Shown in pieces: positions 26,495 to 39,544 of a DNA stretch of 64,000 bases. This DNA is from Phoronis australis (lineage: Eukaryota; Animalia; Phoronida), in assembly GCA_002633005.1 (NCBI GenBank), contig NMRA01000005.1, positions 89,842 to 153,841 of the forward strand. Direction: 5' to 3'. Below the pieces are notes generated by a model. It was given only the letters and a program-made list of their open reading frames with translations. It did no database searches and was not told where the DNA came from. Both the position numbers and the translations under genes were made by a program. Within the stretch, counting starts at the first letter, position 1. Every line of letters starts with the position of its first letter.

Positions 26495-29299
26495 ATGTCA
26501 CCGAATTTCGCTCTTCGTGGATTGATCGTGGCGGCAAAAATAATTAACGTGTGTTATTGCCTCTGTCCCCCAGGCTTACATTCACATGACTGGACTTTGG
26601 TCGATAAAATGATTGATAAAACAGACACAACCGCGTTAGTTATGAATTTTTGTCGAATACGCGATATAGAAACTGCGGCATTTCAGTCTTTGTTTGGCAC
26701 ATTAATTCTAGATTTAGAGGGAAACCGCATCTTTCACTTACGAGATGAAATGATGATCACGATGTTTTCTTTAAAAGTTCTGTCTCTGAAAAGCAATTCA
26801 ATTGCAGTGCTTACCAACAGAACGTTTTCAGGTCTTTTTAATTTAGTTCATCTCAATCTGGGTAATAACAAAATTCATGAACTCGACTTCTCTTTCCAAA
26901 ATTTACCTGCGTTAATAAAACTTATTCTAGCGAACAATCGGATATCGAAATTAGAAAAAGGCCTTTTCGACTCTAATGTAAACTTACGCTTCATCGATCT
27001 CGCAAATAACCGAATATCTTTTATTGAAAACAAGACGTTTGGTACATTGAGGGAGCTACGGAACGTATATTTGTCAGGCAATTTACTGGTGGAAATAAGG
27101 TTGTTAAAAGACGCTCTACCGACAGCTCCAAGTGTTACAAATCTGGAGATCAGTGACAATATATTTCAAGACTTGTTGCCACTTCCTTTGAGATGGCTCA
27201 GAACTATGAAGTTGAGTTCGTGCAAGTTTCGTTACTTAAACACATGCTCATTGCGTGATATGGACAGTCCACTGACTTTAGACTTGAGCAACAATGCCAT
27301 TCAACTGATCGACACACATACTTGTTGTGCCAACATCAGCCTGGTAGCTCTTTACCTCGGAAACAATAAGTTGAGCAAACTATCGCCAACTTATCTTGAG
27401 TGCTTTAGAAAAATTGCACGTCTGTTTATTGACCACAACAATGTCAGTACCATAGAGCAGCAGACATTTCGACATAACAGATATCTAATTCTTTTGTCGA
27501 TGGAGTTCAATCTACTGCGGTCGCTGGACCGTGGAATGTTTGATGGGCTATCGGAACTCAAATCGTTATTGCTCAGAAGCAACAAGATCACAAACATAGA
27601 AAACAATACGTTTTCAGGTTTGCCACGATTGAAGAATTTAGACCTATTTGGAAATCTTATCAAAATTATTTACCCGGAAATGTTTACCGGGCTTCACAGT
27701 CTTCAAACATTGATTCTAACCCAAAATCCCGTGTCAAAATTTGTCCCTGGCAATTTTTCAAGCATCGTCTCCATCACTAGGTATGCTCTCACCCACACTG
27801 GTTCCTCCAAAGAAACACTGGTTTTGCTTTGTAGTCTTAAGAGTCTTGAAGATGTAACCTACGTTAGCACTAATCTCGACTTCAACACTGCCAGTCCTTG
27901 TGGGCATTCACTGAAGGTATTACAAATTGAGAACTGCACACTGACGAATGGAGTAAATCTTCCAATGTTTGAAACTTTTGATAAACTAGAAACCATAATC
28001 ATCAGAAACAGTCCATTAAAAATTGTCCATAACAACACATTCAAAGGACTGGATTATCTCAAACATATACGTTTGAGAAGTAACAACTTGACAGCCACAG
28101 ATGATTACGCCTTCGAGGACTTGGTCTGTCTGACGCATTTAACGATAACTGGAAACAGAATACGTTTTATCAACGAACTCTTACTCAGAAATCTTACGAG
28201 TCTTCAAGAACTGGATTTTCAGAACAACTTCATTGAAAATATGTCCTCGTCAGCGTTCGCCTCATTGAAACAACTAGCCATCATGACACTTGGGTCAAAC
28301 CATATCAAATTTCTCCACAGAAAATTATTTAATGGTCTGCAGAACCTCATTCTCTTCGATGCATCTTATAATCGCCTCACGCATCTTCCGGGGGGTATTT
28401 TTGATTCTCTAGTGTCACTCAGAGTTTTGAGATTGTCCCACAATCAAATAAGACAAGTGGACATAGGCCTATTTCGGGCAATAAATCGTTTACGCATTCT
28501 AACCATGGACAATAATAATCTTACACAGATTGTTGCGTCTTTGTTAGATCGATTGCCATCTTTACAAATTTTAGCGGTTGACGGCAATAACTTGCAAACA
28601 ATACCAAGTCGTTTGCAGCAAAAAATGATTTCTCCTCAATTTCGTACAAGAAAAATTTTCTTTGAAAAAAAACCCCTACACTGCAATTGTGATTTGCTAT
28701 TGTTGAGACATCTATTGGAGATTACGCCATCTAATCGCTTTACTGATTACCGTACTAATAAGAGGACATTTCCAACGTGTTCTACGCCAGTAGCAACTAA
28801 CCACAGTCTACAATCCATGATGGCAGCGCCATTTGCTTGCAGTTCACCAACTTTACTGACCATTAACATCGATAAAACCCCGACACATTTTACTATTAAA
28901 TGTCAGGCAACAGCAGATCCACCTCCTCAACTGACTTTGATATCTCCTACTGGAAAGGAAATTACTTTCAATCCCAACAACAAGCTAAACTGGACAACGA
29001 CGACCAGTTTAATAACCCTCTCTCGCCAAACGTTTGTTAACGGAACGTACTGTTGTAAGGCGTCCAACCACCATGGGTTTCAAAAGGTATGCACAGACAA
29101 GCAACTCCATAAACAGAAACCAGTGGAAACACAACCTCCTCACAATGACCTAGCAGAAATTCAAACATCTACATACGTGATTGGTGTTTCAGGGACAGTA
29201 GGTTTTATTATTGGCTTGTCTGTTTTGTTTATTTATTTGTTCAAACGGCATCGTCGGCCAACACCTGTGACGCATGATACTGAAATGAACTCTATCTAG
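26495..29299 (+). CDS. Single-coding-exon LRR + LRRCT + Ig-like + transmembrane protein (LRRIG/LIG-type receptor), 934 aa
   Basis: Uninterrupted 2.8-kb ORF; about 25 LxxLxLxxNxI repeats; LRRCT-like PLHCNCDL..CSTP..C; Ig-like CQATADPPP..GTYCCKASN; hydrophobic VIGVSGTVGFIIGLSVLFIYLF then KRHRR; 19-aa tail, no TIR. Candidate 5' UTR acceptor at 26275 and AATAAA at 29906. Confidence 0.9.
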   Translation: MSPNFALRGLIVAAKIINVCYCLCPPGLHSHDWTLVDKMIDKTDTTALVMNFCRIRDIETAAFQSLFGTLILDLEGNRIFHLRDEMMITMFSLKVLSLKSNSIAVLTNRTFSGLFNLVHLNLGNNKIHELDFSFQNLPALIKLILANNRISKLEKGLFDSNVNLRFIDLANNRISFIENKTFGTLRELRNVYLSGNLLVEIRLLKDALPTAPSVTNLEISDNIFQDLLPLPLRWLRTMKLSSCKFRYLNTCSLRDMDSPLTLDLSNNAIQLIDTHTCCANISLVALYLGNNKLSKLSPTYLECFRKIARLFIDHNNVSTIEQQTFRHNRYLILLSMEFNLLRSLDRGMFDGLSELKSLLLRSNKITNIENNTFSGLPRLKNLDLFGNLIKIIYPEMFTGLHSLQTLILTQNPVSKFVPGNFSSIVSITRYALTHTGSSKETLVLLCSLKSLEDVTYVSTNLDFNTASPCGHSLKVLQIENCTLTNGVNLPMFETFDKLETIIIRNSPLKIVHNNTFKGLDYLKHIRLRSNNLTATDDYAFEDLVCLTHLTITGNRIRFINELLLRNLTSLQELDFQNNFIENMSSSAFASLKQLAIMTLGSNHIKFLHRKLFNGLQNLILFDASYNRLTHLPGGIFDSLVSLRVLRLSHNQIRQVDIGLFRAINRLRILTMDNNNLTQIVASLLDRLPSLQILAVDGNNLQTIPSRLQQKMISPQFRTRKIFFEKKPLHCNCDLLLLRHLLEITPSNRFTDYRTNKRTFPTCSTPVATNHSLQSMMAAPFACSSPTLLTINIDKTPTHFTIKCQATADPPPQLTLISPTGKEITFNPNNKLNWTTTTSLITLSRQTFVNGTYCCKASNHHGFQKVCTDKQLHKQKPVETQPPHNDLAEIQTSTYVIGVSGTVGFIIGLSVLFIYLFKRHRRPTPVTHDTEMNSI

Positions 29300-32200
29300 A
29301 AAAACACCGAAATTTGGCCATAGTTTCAATACAAAGTGTCGGTGACAGAAACGACGAGTCTTGAAAAGGAATTCTCGAATTGAGAGTAGCTGCTGCGGCC
29401 TGTCCGCAAGTAGTTATCCTTATGGATAGTGTAAGATACGGATGAGCACCTAGTTTCTTTGTCTTTCTCAAAATTCAGTTCTATCACAGTTTCCTTTCGG
29501 AGAACCATTGAAATCATTGAGGTGTTTCTTAATGGCCTCATCTGTCGGAGGCTAAGGAAATGAGTAACGAGAAAATAGGTGGCTGACTGGAAATGAAGTA
29601 GATCTGTACGGACTCGTTATCAGACCTAATGATACAACATGAGACAGAAGTGGATTGGAACTTCGTGAACCCCGAATTTACGGCTGAAATGCGCTGCAAA
29701 CTCGCACATGATTATCATTTATACAGGAAACGTTCACGTTGTTTTGGGATTTGCAGTCAATGTCTCATAAATAAGGTCTGTTTGCAGTTTAATTTTTATA
29801 GTGGACAGCTAACTTTTTTAACATTTTTGTTCTGCTTTGAACATGATCAGCAGAATTCTATGATCTATGTCACTTTGATGTCGTAAACGTTACAAATTAC
29901 TATTTAATAAATGAACAGAAATATGAAGTCTTTATTTAGTTATTCTATTAAAATTATCAAATTCCACCCCAGGCTGTGAGTCGCAAGAAGCCACCTAAAT
30001 GTGTCAGGGGTTGACTATTGCCCTGTGTTCTTCCGTAGCGGATCGGCCAAAATATATTTCTATGAACACCATCGATCGCGTCTGTCTTCTTCACCGTTAT
30101 CATGTACAATGTTCATGTCCAACACGTTCATGAATGCAACAAGCAAAAAGTGATAAAAAACGCCTCATCACAGAATGATCTGATATTTTTCGTGAAAGAT
30201 GGCATTGCATGCCACCTTCTATATTTCTCGAAAGCTCCACCTAATAATCATGGAAACGTATAGTTTCCAGTCAGTTTTGAGTCCTGTGACAGACAGTTGA
30301 ATTTTACCCAGGTCCGCAGGAAGGCAAAAATTATTGGNAAAGGTTACCTTCTAATTGTCAAAAAATCATTCGATTTTCGTAGAAACATAAACATGTAATT
30401 TAGAAACCAACAATCGATTACATGAGCAATGCGTTTTACTTGATTTAATGACTTAATTCCTCTGTGTTCTCCTGTTTCTGAGTTTAAACGACAAATCTCC
30501 TAAGTCGAAAAGCAATGCATTTATTGTCATTTGAATTGTAAGTATATTTTAGGGAATCGTCCGATTTCATCAATGTCTTTGAGAGTTATTTTAGATAGGT
30601 AAGAATCGTTTAAATGTACTTTACTATTTGGCGATCGACTGAGGTACAGCTAAGTTCATTGAAACATCGTCAATTCTTATCTGTCGATTTGTGTAGATAC
30701 ATAAACATCTAAATCAGAAACCTAAGAATTTGTTTGTGAAAACGGATTGTTATAAGCAATTTCCACAGTCATGCTCACAGATTTTTGACAGGGAACCGGG
30801 AACATGGGAGTCGGGGCATTCGCATTAAGAGGTAACTGTGACGGTTCACGAGTTAAAGTTGAATTTCAAAAACCTTGACATCTTTGTTTATGATTGCAAG
30901 TGCTTTGAGCACTCTCATTTAACATGTGCAAGTCATCACAAATCGTAGCCCCAACAGTCTATTCGACATGTGCAAATTCTTTATACAACCAACTCCTAGT
31001 AACGATCTTCAAAGAAATACAATTCTTGTGATACTGTGGGAATAACCAACCATCGGAAATATTACTTTTGTGTAATTCACAAATAGTGGTCTTGGCAGTG
31101 TCGGATTTACAAGCATCGAGAGACAATGCCCCCAAACCGCCCCACCGAGAGAAAGTCCCGTCTGAAAGGGACTCCTTAAGACGAAAGACTGGACATCATT
31201 AAGCTTGGAGGAGAGTGACAATTCATTACATACCCTACAAGAAGTGCCCTTCCTCAAGGTGAAAGCCGGTTGTATGATTTCACCAAAAACAGGAAATCGA
31301 GCCCCTCAAGAATTTGTCAATAAAAATACAAAGGGGTGGCCACTTCAATGTCGTTAATGGCCCCATTCGAGGGCTGGGCCCCTAAATATGAAAAGACCTA
31401 TATTTTCAAATATCAGGAAATGCACAGCAATTGATATTATCTGTCAGGTCATCAATTTTTCTCAAGTGATATTCGATTTCGAGAAAAAAAACCAACAGAG
31501 CGACAAATGTTTTCGCTATCTTTTGCCAGAGAGTGGCCTGCGGAAAAATATAGTTTTGCATTCGAAAATTGTTTTATTGAATTAAAATTTTCTCGATTTT
31601 TCGAAACACATATATGAATGATTAAGTGTACGTTTTCGAGTGCGTTTAGACCATAGATACTCAGATCAGGTTGGAAAATGTCCATTAAACGCTCAAATGT
31701 TATTATGCAATTTACCGTCTCAGTACTGAAGATATACGCCCAATAAAAATAGAATGAAAATTCCCGTACAAAACCACTTCTAAAATATATGGTTCGCCCC
31801 TCATTCAACGTTGTGGTATTGCCAACTATGTCTACTTGTTCAAAGGCACATATATACTGAAATCTTAATAGCGTGATAACAAATCAGGCAATGAAGACAC
31901 TACTTTCACAACACTGGCCTTCTCATTTCTCTTGTGGCCTCAGCATTTTTGAGATTTGTCTCTCATATTGGCAGTTCGAACTTCGTATTGAATATTAAAG
32001 CTGACTTCATTTAAATTTACAAGACACGCAATCCCACTATTACTCAATTTGGGTTAAATACTAGATAATGTGCATTTAGGCATACGAAGCAATAGGATTT
32101 AATTATGCGAGTTTATATATTTGCTGAAAATTTAAGGCCTGTAAAATTTGATTATGGACTTTATACCAATTTACCAGAAATTTCCAAACGTGGCCACTGA

Positions 32201-35200
32201 TTTTTAGTAAAATGTAGTAAAAATATACAGACACAGCAAAACAACGGTAGCAATAACCAGACCAATTTTAGTTTGATATATACAATATACCATCTTGTAT
32301 ATGTTATACTTTGGGGCTATGGCCATATGTATAGAATTCAAACATGGGCGCACCCGAGGGGGGTTGGGGGGGGGGGACAAAAAGTCCGAGTAAACGAGAC
32401 AGAAGTCCACAAAGTCCACAAGAATGATTCTGCGCGGTTCACCCCCACGCTTGCCGACGTACTTGTTTACCGGCTTGACCACAATGCAACATTCTGACCC
32501 ATTTCCAATAATGCGGCGTTGCAACTCCGCTATTCGTAGGCCTGAACCTAGTGGCCCCGTTTTTTTTAGTCCTCCTTGACGTTGTCAGTAAAAGGTGCGC
32601 ATATCGAAAAATTAGAGCCCCCTTTCATTTTAGGCTGGGCACGCCCTTTTTAAAACATCCAATGCATCGAATGAACTGCCAGCCTTTTATTCGACTTGTA
32701 GGCATTCAGTTTGACTTGCTCCGAAGTTAATTTACGAAAACTGACAACTTCACAACTCTCTTTTCAGTACTCGCAATTTGAAAAGTTACTTGGCTTCACG
32801 AAGTAATCCAATTTGGTTACAGGAGATCAAGACGGAAAGTATTTTTCCAAGTGTCCCAACTTCCTCAACAGACTAACTAACGAAATGAAATTTCCTACCA
32901 TTTAGCTGGATGTTTGGCGAGTTCTTTTAATCACTGTTTATGAACATATATAAAACTTGCTTGTCAGTAAAAAGAAGTGCATGTACATGAATCATCAAAT
33001 ACCAAAATCCAAAAATCCCAATGTATGACTAGATGTCTATCCGATTTGCTTATCATTTTACCGTCGCACTTGGCCTTTAGAGTACTGTTTTGAGTTTCTG
33101 AGTTACATTGGCGCAATTAATCACTGACAAGTAAATCGATAGTACATCGCCATCAAATGATTTACGGTTATGTCTAGACTGCACATTTAACCAAATGTCT
33201 ACAAAAACTGTAAACTTTAACTCAGTAAAAGTGTTTTTTCTGAAAGTAGAAAGCTTTTAGAATTTGATTGCGGGCTGTCTACAAATCTGGCGTCAACTGG
33301 GCCACGTGACCTTGTCTTTTTATCAAAATTCAGACAAAAAGAAATGCACATTCATAGCACAACAACGGTATCAATAACATAACGAACTTGAATTTGATAC
33401 AAACGTTCAAGACGAAATCTCAAAAACGATGATGCAGTTTTCTGAAGGTGATGTAGGATCGTAGAAAAATGTTCAAATTTGGCCAACTTCGGAACATCAT
33501 ATCTCAGAAATGGCTGACCTGATTCATATGAAGGTTTCAGATACTAAGCTTTTTGCACTGATCTCCAAAACTCTGTTAGGGATTGTCTTTAAAATGTTCT
33601 CCTTTTGAATGAGGGACCACGAAAAAATATGACTTTGATGATTTTCATAAACACATTTTAAAGTTCCATGAAACAAAAACGAAAACAACTTATTATAAAT
33701 GACTTATTTTTATTAAAATCGCATTAGCAAAAATTGATTTTCAAGCCTCAGAAGTGGGGCTCCCTGTATTAACATAGGGGCAACACCGGAAGACCACCAA
33801 TAGCGGGGCACCGTGCATTAACGAATGAACCCCCCATTTGGTGAATTGGGCATTGCGTATGTTATTTTAATAAGAACCAGTAATTTAAAATAATAAACTG
33901 TTCCGGAAATAATATTTTAGAAAACTGTAACAGCATTTTCGAGATCTCATCTTGAAATTTATATCAGATAAATTTTAATCATATTTTTGATAAACCTGTT
34001 TTGCTATTCATGTACCTTTCTTTTGTTTTGCTAAATTTACTAAAAAGACATGATCATATTACCCAATTAAAAACAGATTGGTAAAAAGTCAAAAATCAAA
34101 TTTTGCATGCTTTCTTCTTTTAGAAAATATATATTCTTAATTTACTATAGCTTTGCATGTATTTGGTTAGATAACCTTAAACACCATTTCATTTTGTTCT
34201 ATGCAACATTTGATTTTTCATACAGGTCTTAAAATTCAATCAATTCCCAATAGCGTTTTTGAGAATACAGCGTAAAGCATCAGAGTACATGAAAAGTTTG
34301 ATTTGAATTCGGCCTGCCATTCCTGAGATATGGCGTTCCCCGGCTGACCAATTTGGGGTGGCTTCCAAATCCTCTTATGAAGTCCCGTATCCCATGCTCT
34401 TCTCACTGGTCGTCACGAATAGATATCCCTTCGTGAATTGCCTCAAAGTTCCATACTATCAATTACAAATATGCATAAAGTCTTAAAAGGCGACACTTAA
34501 TGAAAATTGCGCGATGTGCGTGTCTCTAGATTTTATTTTGTGTTGCCATGTGGTTACCCAACATATCAATGTTGTTTTCTTCACCTGCCAAGGTTTTATT
34601 TACAAGTTATCGTATGCTCGAAAATCGCTTATCTTGTAAGAAACAGACAATAATTCAGTGAAATTTGATGCACGAAACGGTGCATTCTGGTGATTATTGC
34701 CAATATAATTTAACCATCCACGCAATTTTGGTAAATTTTGATGTTGTATCATGAACTTCTGGCAGCTCAATACCACTTGTTCGCCCAGGGAGATTAGGGA
34801 GGTACTCGAAACTCAGGTACCCTGTTTGAAGAATGCAGTGAACCAGTGACCCCGAAGACGCCGTACTCTTTCTAAGTGTACCCCTTCACAGCACGACCGA
34901 TAAAGTGAACTTTACCCAAACGGGACATTAATAAAGTGAACCTTGACCTTAGGGCTCATTTCCACTCTAGGAAATAGACGAAACTATACTCGAAGTTTCA
35001 GACACGATATTACATCTCCTCATTCAGAGATTGTGCAGCCCTCGGTAGGGATGTCCTGTATTTTTATCCTCCAATAAAGAATGAGTTTGGCGGTACAATC
35101 ATGTTGTTAATGGAATCCCTAAACTGAAAGTCATAAAACAACACTCCGCAAAGCTCAAAATAATGTAATACGCGAAATCGCATAACACGCTCTAGACTAA

Positions 35201-36893
35201 AAAGTTGCATTTTATCATGAAAATTTGGTGAAGTTTCCGGTGGCTGTCTTCACGAGGTTTGCCCCCACACAACAAAGTCCGCACGCAGACAGCGGTGCGA
35301 TTGGTGACAACCACGGAAGGCTGAAGTGATCGTGGCGATAAAGAGGAGACTGACTGCCGGACGAAGATTGCGAATTAATTTGCGGTCCTCTAACACCATT
35401 TTTCCCTATAGAACAGCCCACTACTCCGACGGTTCACCGAAAATTTCGGACCCGGAATTTCTATTATAAACACTATGGTTAATAAACGCAATGGTGTACC
35501 TACACTCTTTCACAGTGGAATGTTGTTTATCATGGCAATTTATTGGTTAAAGTAATGGAACCAGAGTCATAGTATTCAGCCATTCCCAATGGTTGAAATT
35601 TGGGACCCCTTGTAGTTTACTGTTACGGCGTAGTATGGCCGCTACCCTTGACTTGAATAGTTACAATTTATTAAAACGGGCAGTGGTGGAAGTAAAAAAA
35701 AACAGAGGAACCCCGATTCCGCAGCTAGGCCCAAACAAGTGCAATGCATAAAGAAGGCGTGTGGAAGTAGTAGTGGCGATGTGATCGATAAACTTCCGAC
35801 AAAGCGCATTGATGCCCTGTTGTGTATCTTACTTTGTCAAATAAAGTAGACACTCCATGAACTACGCAGTGAAACGAACAGAATTGAACTGAACACTGAA
35901 CTGATTTATTCTACATATCATCACAATATATATACACACAACTACATAACAACATATGATGGGTTACCTATGACACACTTCCTGTACTAGGAATCGCATG
36001 ACATAATACCAANGGGCCACTTTTCACTATAAGTTGGGCTGTGTCAGAGGGTATGGTCAAGGAGAGTAGTAGTATCGGATACTTGGTATGACGTACCTAC
36101 AGAAAACAATGTCCTGTACCGTACCAATGCAATGTTTGGATCATATTCCATGCTTGTGCGAAATTAGGCTCTAGCACAACCTTATGATATGAATACGAAA
36201 AGCAATACGGATTTTCACTTTATAAAGAAGTTGTATTAATGAATTGTCATCGACAACACTTTCACCAAAACTATGCCGATCGCACCGTGAAACAACGCAA
36301 CAGAAATTTCATCCACTACGCATCAGCCCCACTCCCTAAGCCAGTCTTCACTAAATGGACACCAAATACTGTATTCTATGCATGCTGACCATATCCGCCT
36401 CAGAAGGCATTCAGTAGTGAACTTCTGAAATAGTAAACCCTCGGACTAACGAACCTTGGCGGAGTAGTTACGTATAACCCCTACGGGCATGTTTATGAAG
36501 TGACACTAGCTCAGAACTGTCTCTCCATTAAAGCTCACCGTTCCTACGTCAATGTTGCCATTGTGTGCAACGGGATGGCCAAGCCGGAAAAATTCATATT
36601 ACCTAAACAACGTACAATATAATTTTCCCATACGAAAAAATCTATAGGATCCTATAGGAATTCCTATAGAAATATCGATTTCCTATATGATTCCTAGGAC
36701 CAATATTTCCTATAGGAAATTTGGATCCTATAAGAATTCCTCAGGAATATTGATTTCCTATAGGATCAAGATTTCCTGTAGGAATTCCTACACGAAATGT
36801 CCTATAGGAAAATGGTTAGAAATTTGAGTTCAGTTATCCTAAAAGGATACAGTAAGGTGTAAGTGATTAAAATTCCCTTCGTCACTGCATTGT

Positions 36894-37166
36894 TAACGCC
36901 AAATAAACTAGACAACGAGTTGTAAGTTTAACGCCATAGTACCTGGGAATCTTATTAGCGCTGTGTTTACTATTTTTGTTTTCTACTACCCGTTCTTAGT
37001 GTAAGTTTACCTCATTTTCTGTGATAGAAGAGGCAATCACGCCATTGCATTGTTATTCGTACTACTGTGTTTGGTGGGACCCCTTCGGGTTCCGCCTCTT
37101 TGTATTGTCGGCTGCGAATTAAATTCGTTGAACTTACAACTCATTGTCTAGTTTATCTGGCGCTTA
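36894..37166. mobile_element. Small MITE-like inverted repeat inside the CACTA-type element
   Basis: ~40-bp imperfect TIRs TAACGCCAAATAAACTAGACAACGAGTTGTAAGTTTAACG / CGTTGAACTTACAACTCATTGTCTAGTTTATCTGGCGCTTA. Confidence 0.65.
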
Positions 37167-37410
37167 GTAATCAATTTTTCAAAACTTCCGTTCATGACAG
37201 TCCTCTATATGTTGCTTGATTTTTATATGGATGGTGAACACACGGAATTAACTTGAGTTCATTCAATAATTACTTCAATTAGAATTGTTATTTAGCCTAC
37301 TTTTTCTGTTGCATACTTATTAAAACCTATATGAACCCACAGGACATCTTATAAGATATCAACTTCTCATAGAATCCTATTGGACTTCCTCTAGGATCCC
37401 ATTGAACTTC

Positions 37411-37648
37411 CAGAGGCGGATCTACAGGGGGGGTTCAGGGGGTTTAAACCCCCCCCCTCGGGACAGGATCAAAAATAAAAACTGGAAAGAAAATCGCCAG
37501 AAAAACGAAATTAGCTACTAAAAATCCCCAAAAATCTTACACGGGAGGAGGGAAACAATCTCGTGACCTTCCTTCTCCTCGGCGCTACGCGCCTCGGATT
37601 CTTTCGAATCCTAAACCCCCCCTTACTGAAATCGTAGATCTGCCACTG
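37411..37648. mobile_element. MITE with CAG..CTG termini and 5-bp TSD, nested
   Basis: CAGAGGCGGATCTAC ... GTAGATCTGCCACTG flanked by ACTTC on both sides, splitting a host repeat unit ATTGAACTTCCTATAG. Confidence 0.85.
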
Positions 37649-39466
37649 ACTTCCTATAGAATCCTTTTGAATTTCATGCAAAATTCTATTGAACTTCCCT
37701 TAGAATCCCATTGAAATTCAGTAGGATTCCATAGGAAGTTCAATAGGATTCTACATGAACTTCCTATAGAATCCTATTGAACTTCCTGTAGATGAAATTC
37801 TTTTCAAACATAACATGAAAGGGTAAACTATATAGCTTTCATTATAGCTGTTTCATTTCTGGTGATGTAAAATATAATGTTGTGTCTAAACTTCTAAGGG
37901 AACGTTTTGATTATGTGTATGGCTTAGTGCCTCAAATGGACAGTTTCTCAACTGGACAACAAGTGTTACTGAACGGCGATTCAATGAACAGTTATCTTTA
38001 CAGCAATTAAACACTCGACATAAGCTCACAGCTCTGACTAGCTATCAGAGAACAACATATAAAAGCCTATAGTATTCAGCATTTAAATATTAATTTACTT
38101 TAACATGTTTTGAAAAAGAAAGAACACACAAGTCTCTTGTAGCCCCAGTTTAATGCATCCATTTCTAACATAGATAGATATCCTGATTGTAGACCTTGTT
38201 CAAGAACAGAGTAGACTGCTGTACAGTTGAACGTTTCCAAAGAGTTTCTTTTGTTGAGAACATTGTTGTTTTTTGTATTATTTATGCATAGGAAATGTTA
38301 TGATGGGATTTCTTAAGTCTTATAAGAATTCCTATACGATATCCTAAAGGATTTCTATAAGAGTTCCCATACGATCCAATAGAAAATCCAATAGGATCCT
38401 ATTGGATTTCCTATAGGATCCAATAAAAATCCTATAGGAATGCTATAAGATATTGGGCCAAAATTCAATTGGATTCCTATTGGATGTCCTATAGGAATTC
38501 AATAGGAAATCGTATTGGAATTTTTCGTAAGGGTTAAAGTGCCTATTGTTGCACTGTACCTAGCCTTGGTTCAAAGCTGTATACTAAATTTACAGCTTGT
38601 ATTTTGACGATAGTCTTCATACAGCTAGCTGGCTGGCTACACTGTACCATGTTGTTCTGATCTCAGATGTCTGTCTGAGTTCTGAGTGTTTTTAATCTGG
38701 CCTGTGAAATTCTGTTTCATAGCACTTATTTTTTTTTGCTTTTTGTAGATTTAATACCATATTGCTGAATCTCGTGTTTGAAACATATGTATTATGTAGG
38801 TATGTGTGTGTGTAGGGACATATGGAAAAGAGAGGTGTTTTTCATTTTACAACAGTCCCTGGGAGTTTATAGAAAGGTGTGCACGTTTGTTAATATTAAA
38901 ACCATAGCAACTGTTTAAACCAAATTAAGAGTCTTTAGGAGCCTACCAATGAGTACGTTATAAGTCTTTAGGTCATGACATGCTTAAAGAATTAAGATAT
39001 AATAAGCGAAATTGGTAAATTCAAAATCTCTTGGTAGAGGACCTGTGTGTGATGTGAAGTGGATATCATCATGTATGGTACATGTAATTTAACGTTGTAT
39101 TACACAGAAGTTGGATGATATTATTACAGTATTCCGTGACAAGCCCTGTCACCATTTCTATGTTCCTGCATAGTACAGCTAAAATTCTGTGATGTGATTA
39201 CAAACAATCTTATAGAATACAGACACCAGTTTCTAACCGGCCAAAAACACATTATGGTTTTACACTTTAAACACAATCTAACAGCCTTCATGATGCAATT
39301 ATATGGACAAAAAATTTGCACTGAGTGGAAAACTTGGGCTCAAGTTCCTCAACATGCAGAACCAAATGGAGACTACGTCCATCATGCCCTTAGTAAGAGT
39401 TTCACCAGTGTTTTTTCTAATAATAGGCATCCGAGTGCAGACTTTTTTAATTTTAGTAAATATTAG

Positions 39467-39544
39467 TTATGTCTGGATATGAATTTTATTGATCCTGTTA
39501 ATGATGCTGTTTTCTCTTTCTCTCAACTTGGCAGCTATTTCAGT
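39467..39544 (-). CDS. CABCOCO1: CABCOCO1-like, terminal coding exon
   Basis: tttcAG acceptor; TEIAAKLRERENSIINRINKIHIQT then TAA; resembles the coiled-coil C-terminus of C10orf107. Confidence 0.85.
   Translation of the reverse strand, partial: TEIAAKLRERENSIINRINKIHIQT

Larger units (their letters stand above)
36627..38533. mobile_element. Non-autonomous CACTA/EnSpm-type element with palindromic subterminal repeats
   Basis: TIRs CCCATACGAAAAA / TTTTTCGTAAGGG (12/13), TT on both flanks (2-bp TSD); many TCCTATAGGA-like units near both ends and centre. Confidence 0.75.

Noticed and set aside
26875-28044. Minus-strand ORFs within the LRR gene
   Set aside because: Antisense shadows of the long plus-strand ORF.
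26495-29299. Calling the LRR gene a Toll-like receptor, Slit or VLR
   Set aside because: No TIR or EGF domains, it has an Ig-like domain, and no flanking LRR cassettes were seen.
35759-36000. LTR-like start with AATAAA abutting a reversed LINE-like tail
   Set aside because: Too short; no paired LTR, TSD or coding remnant.
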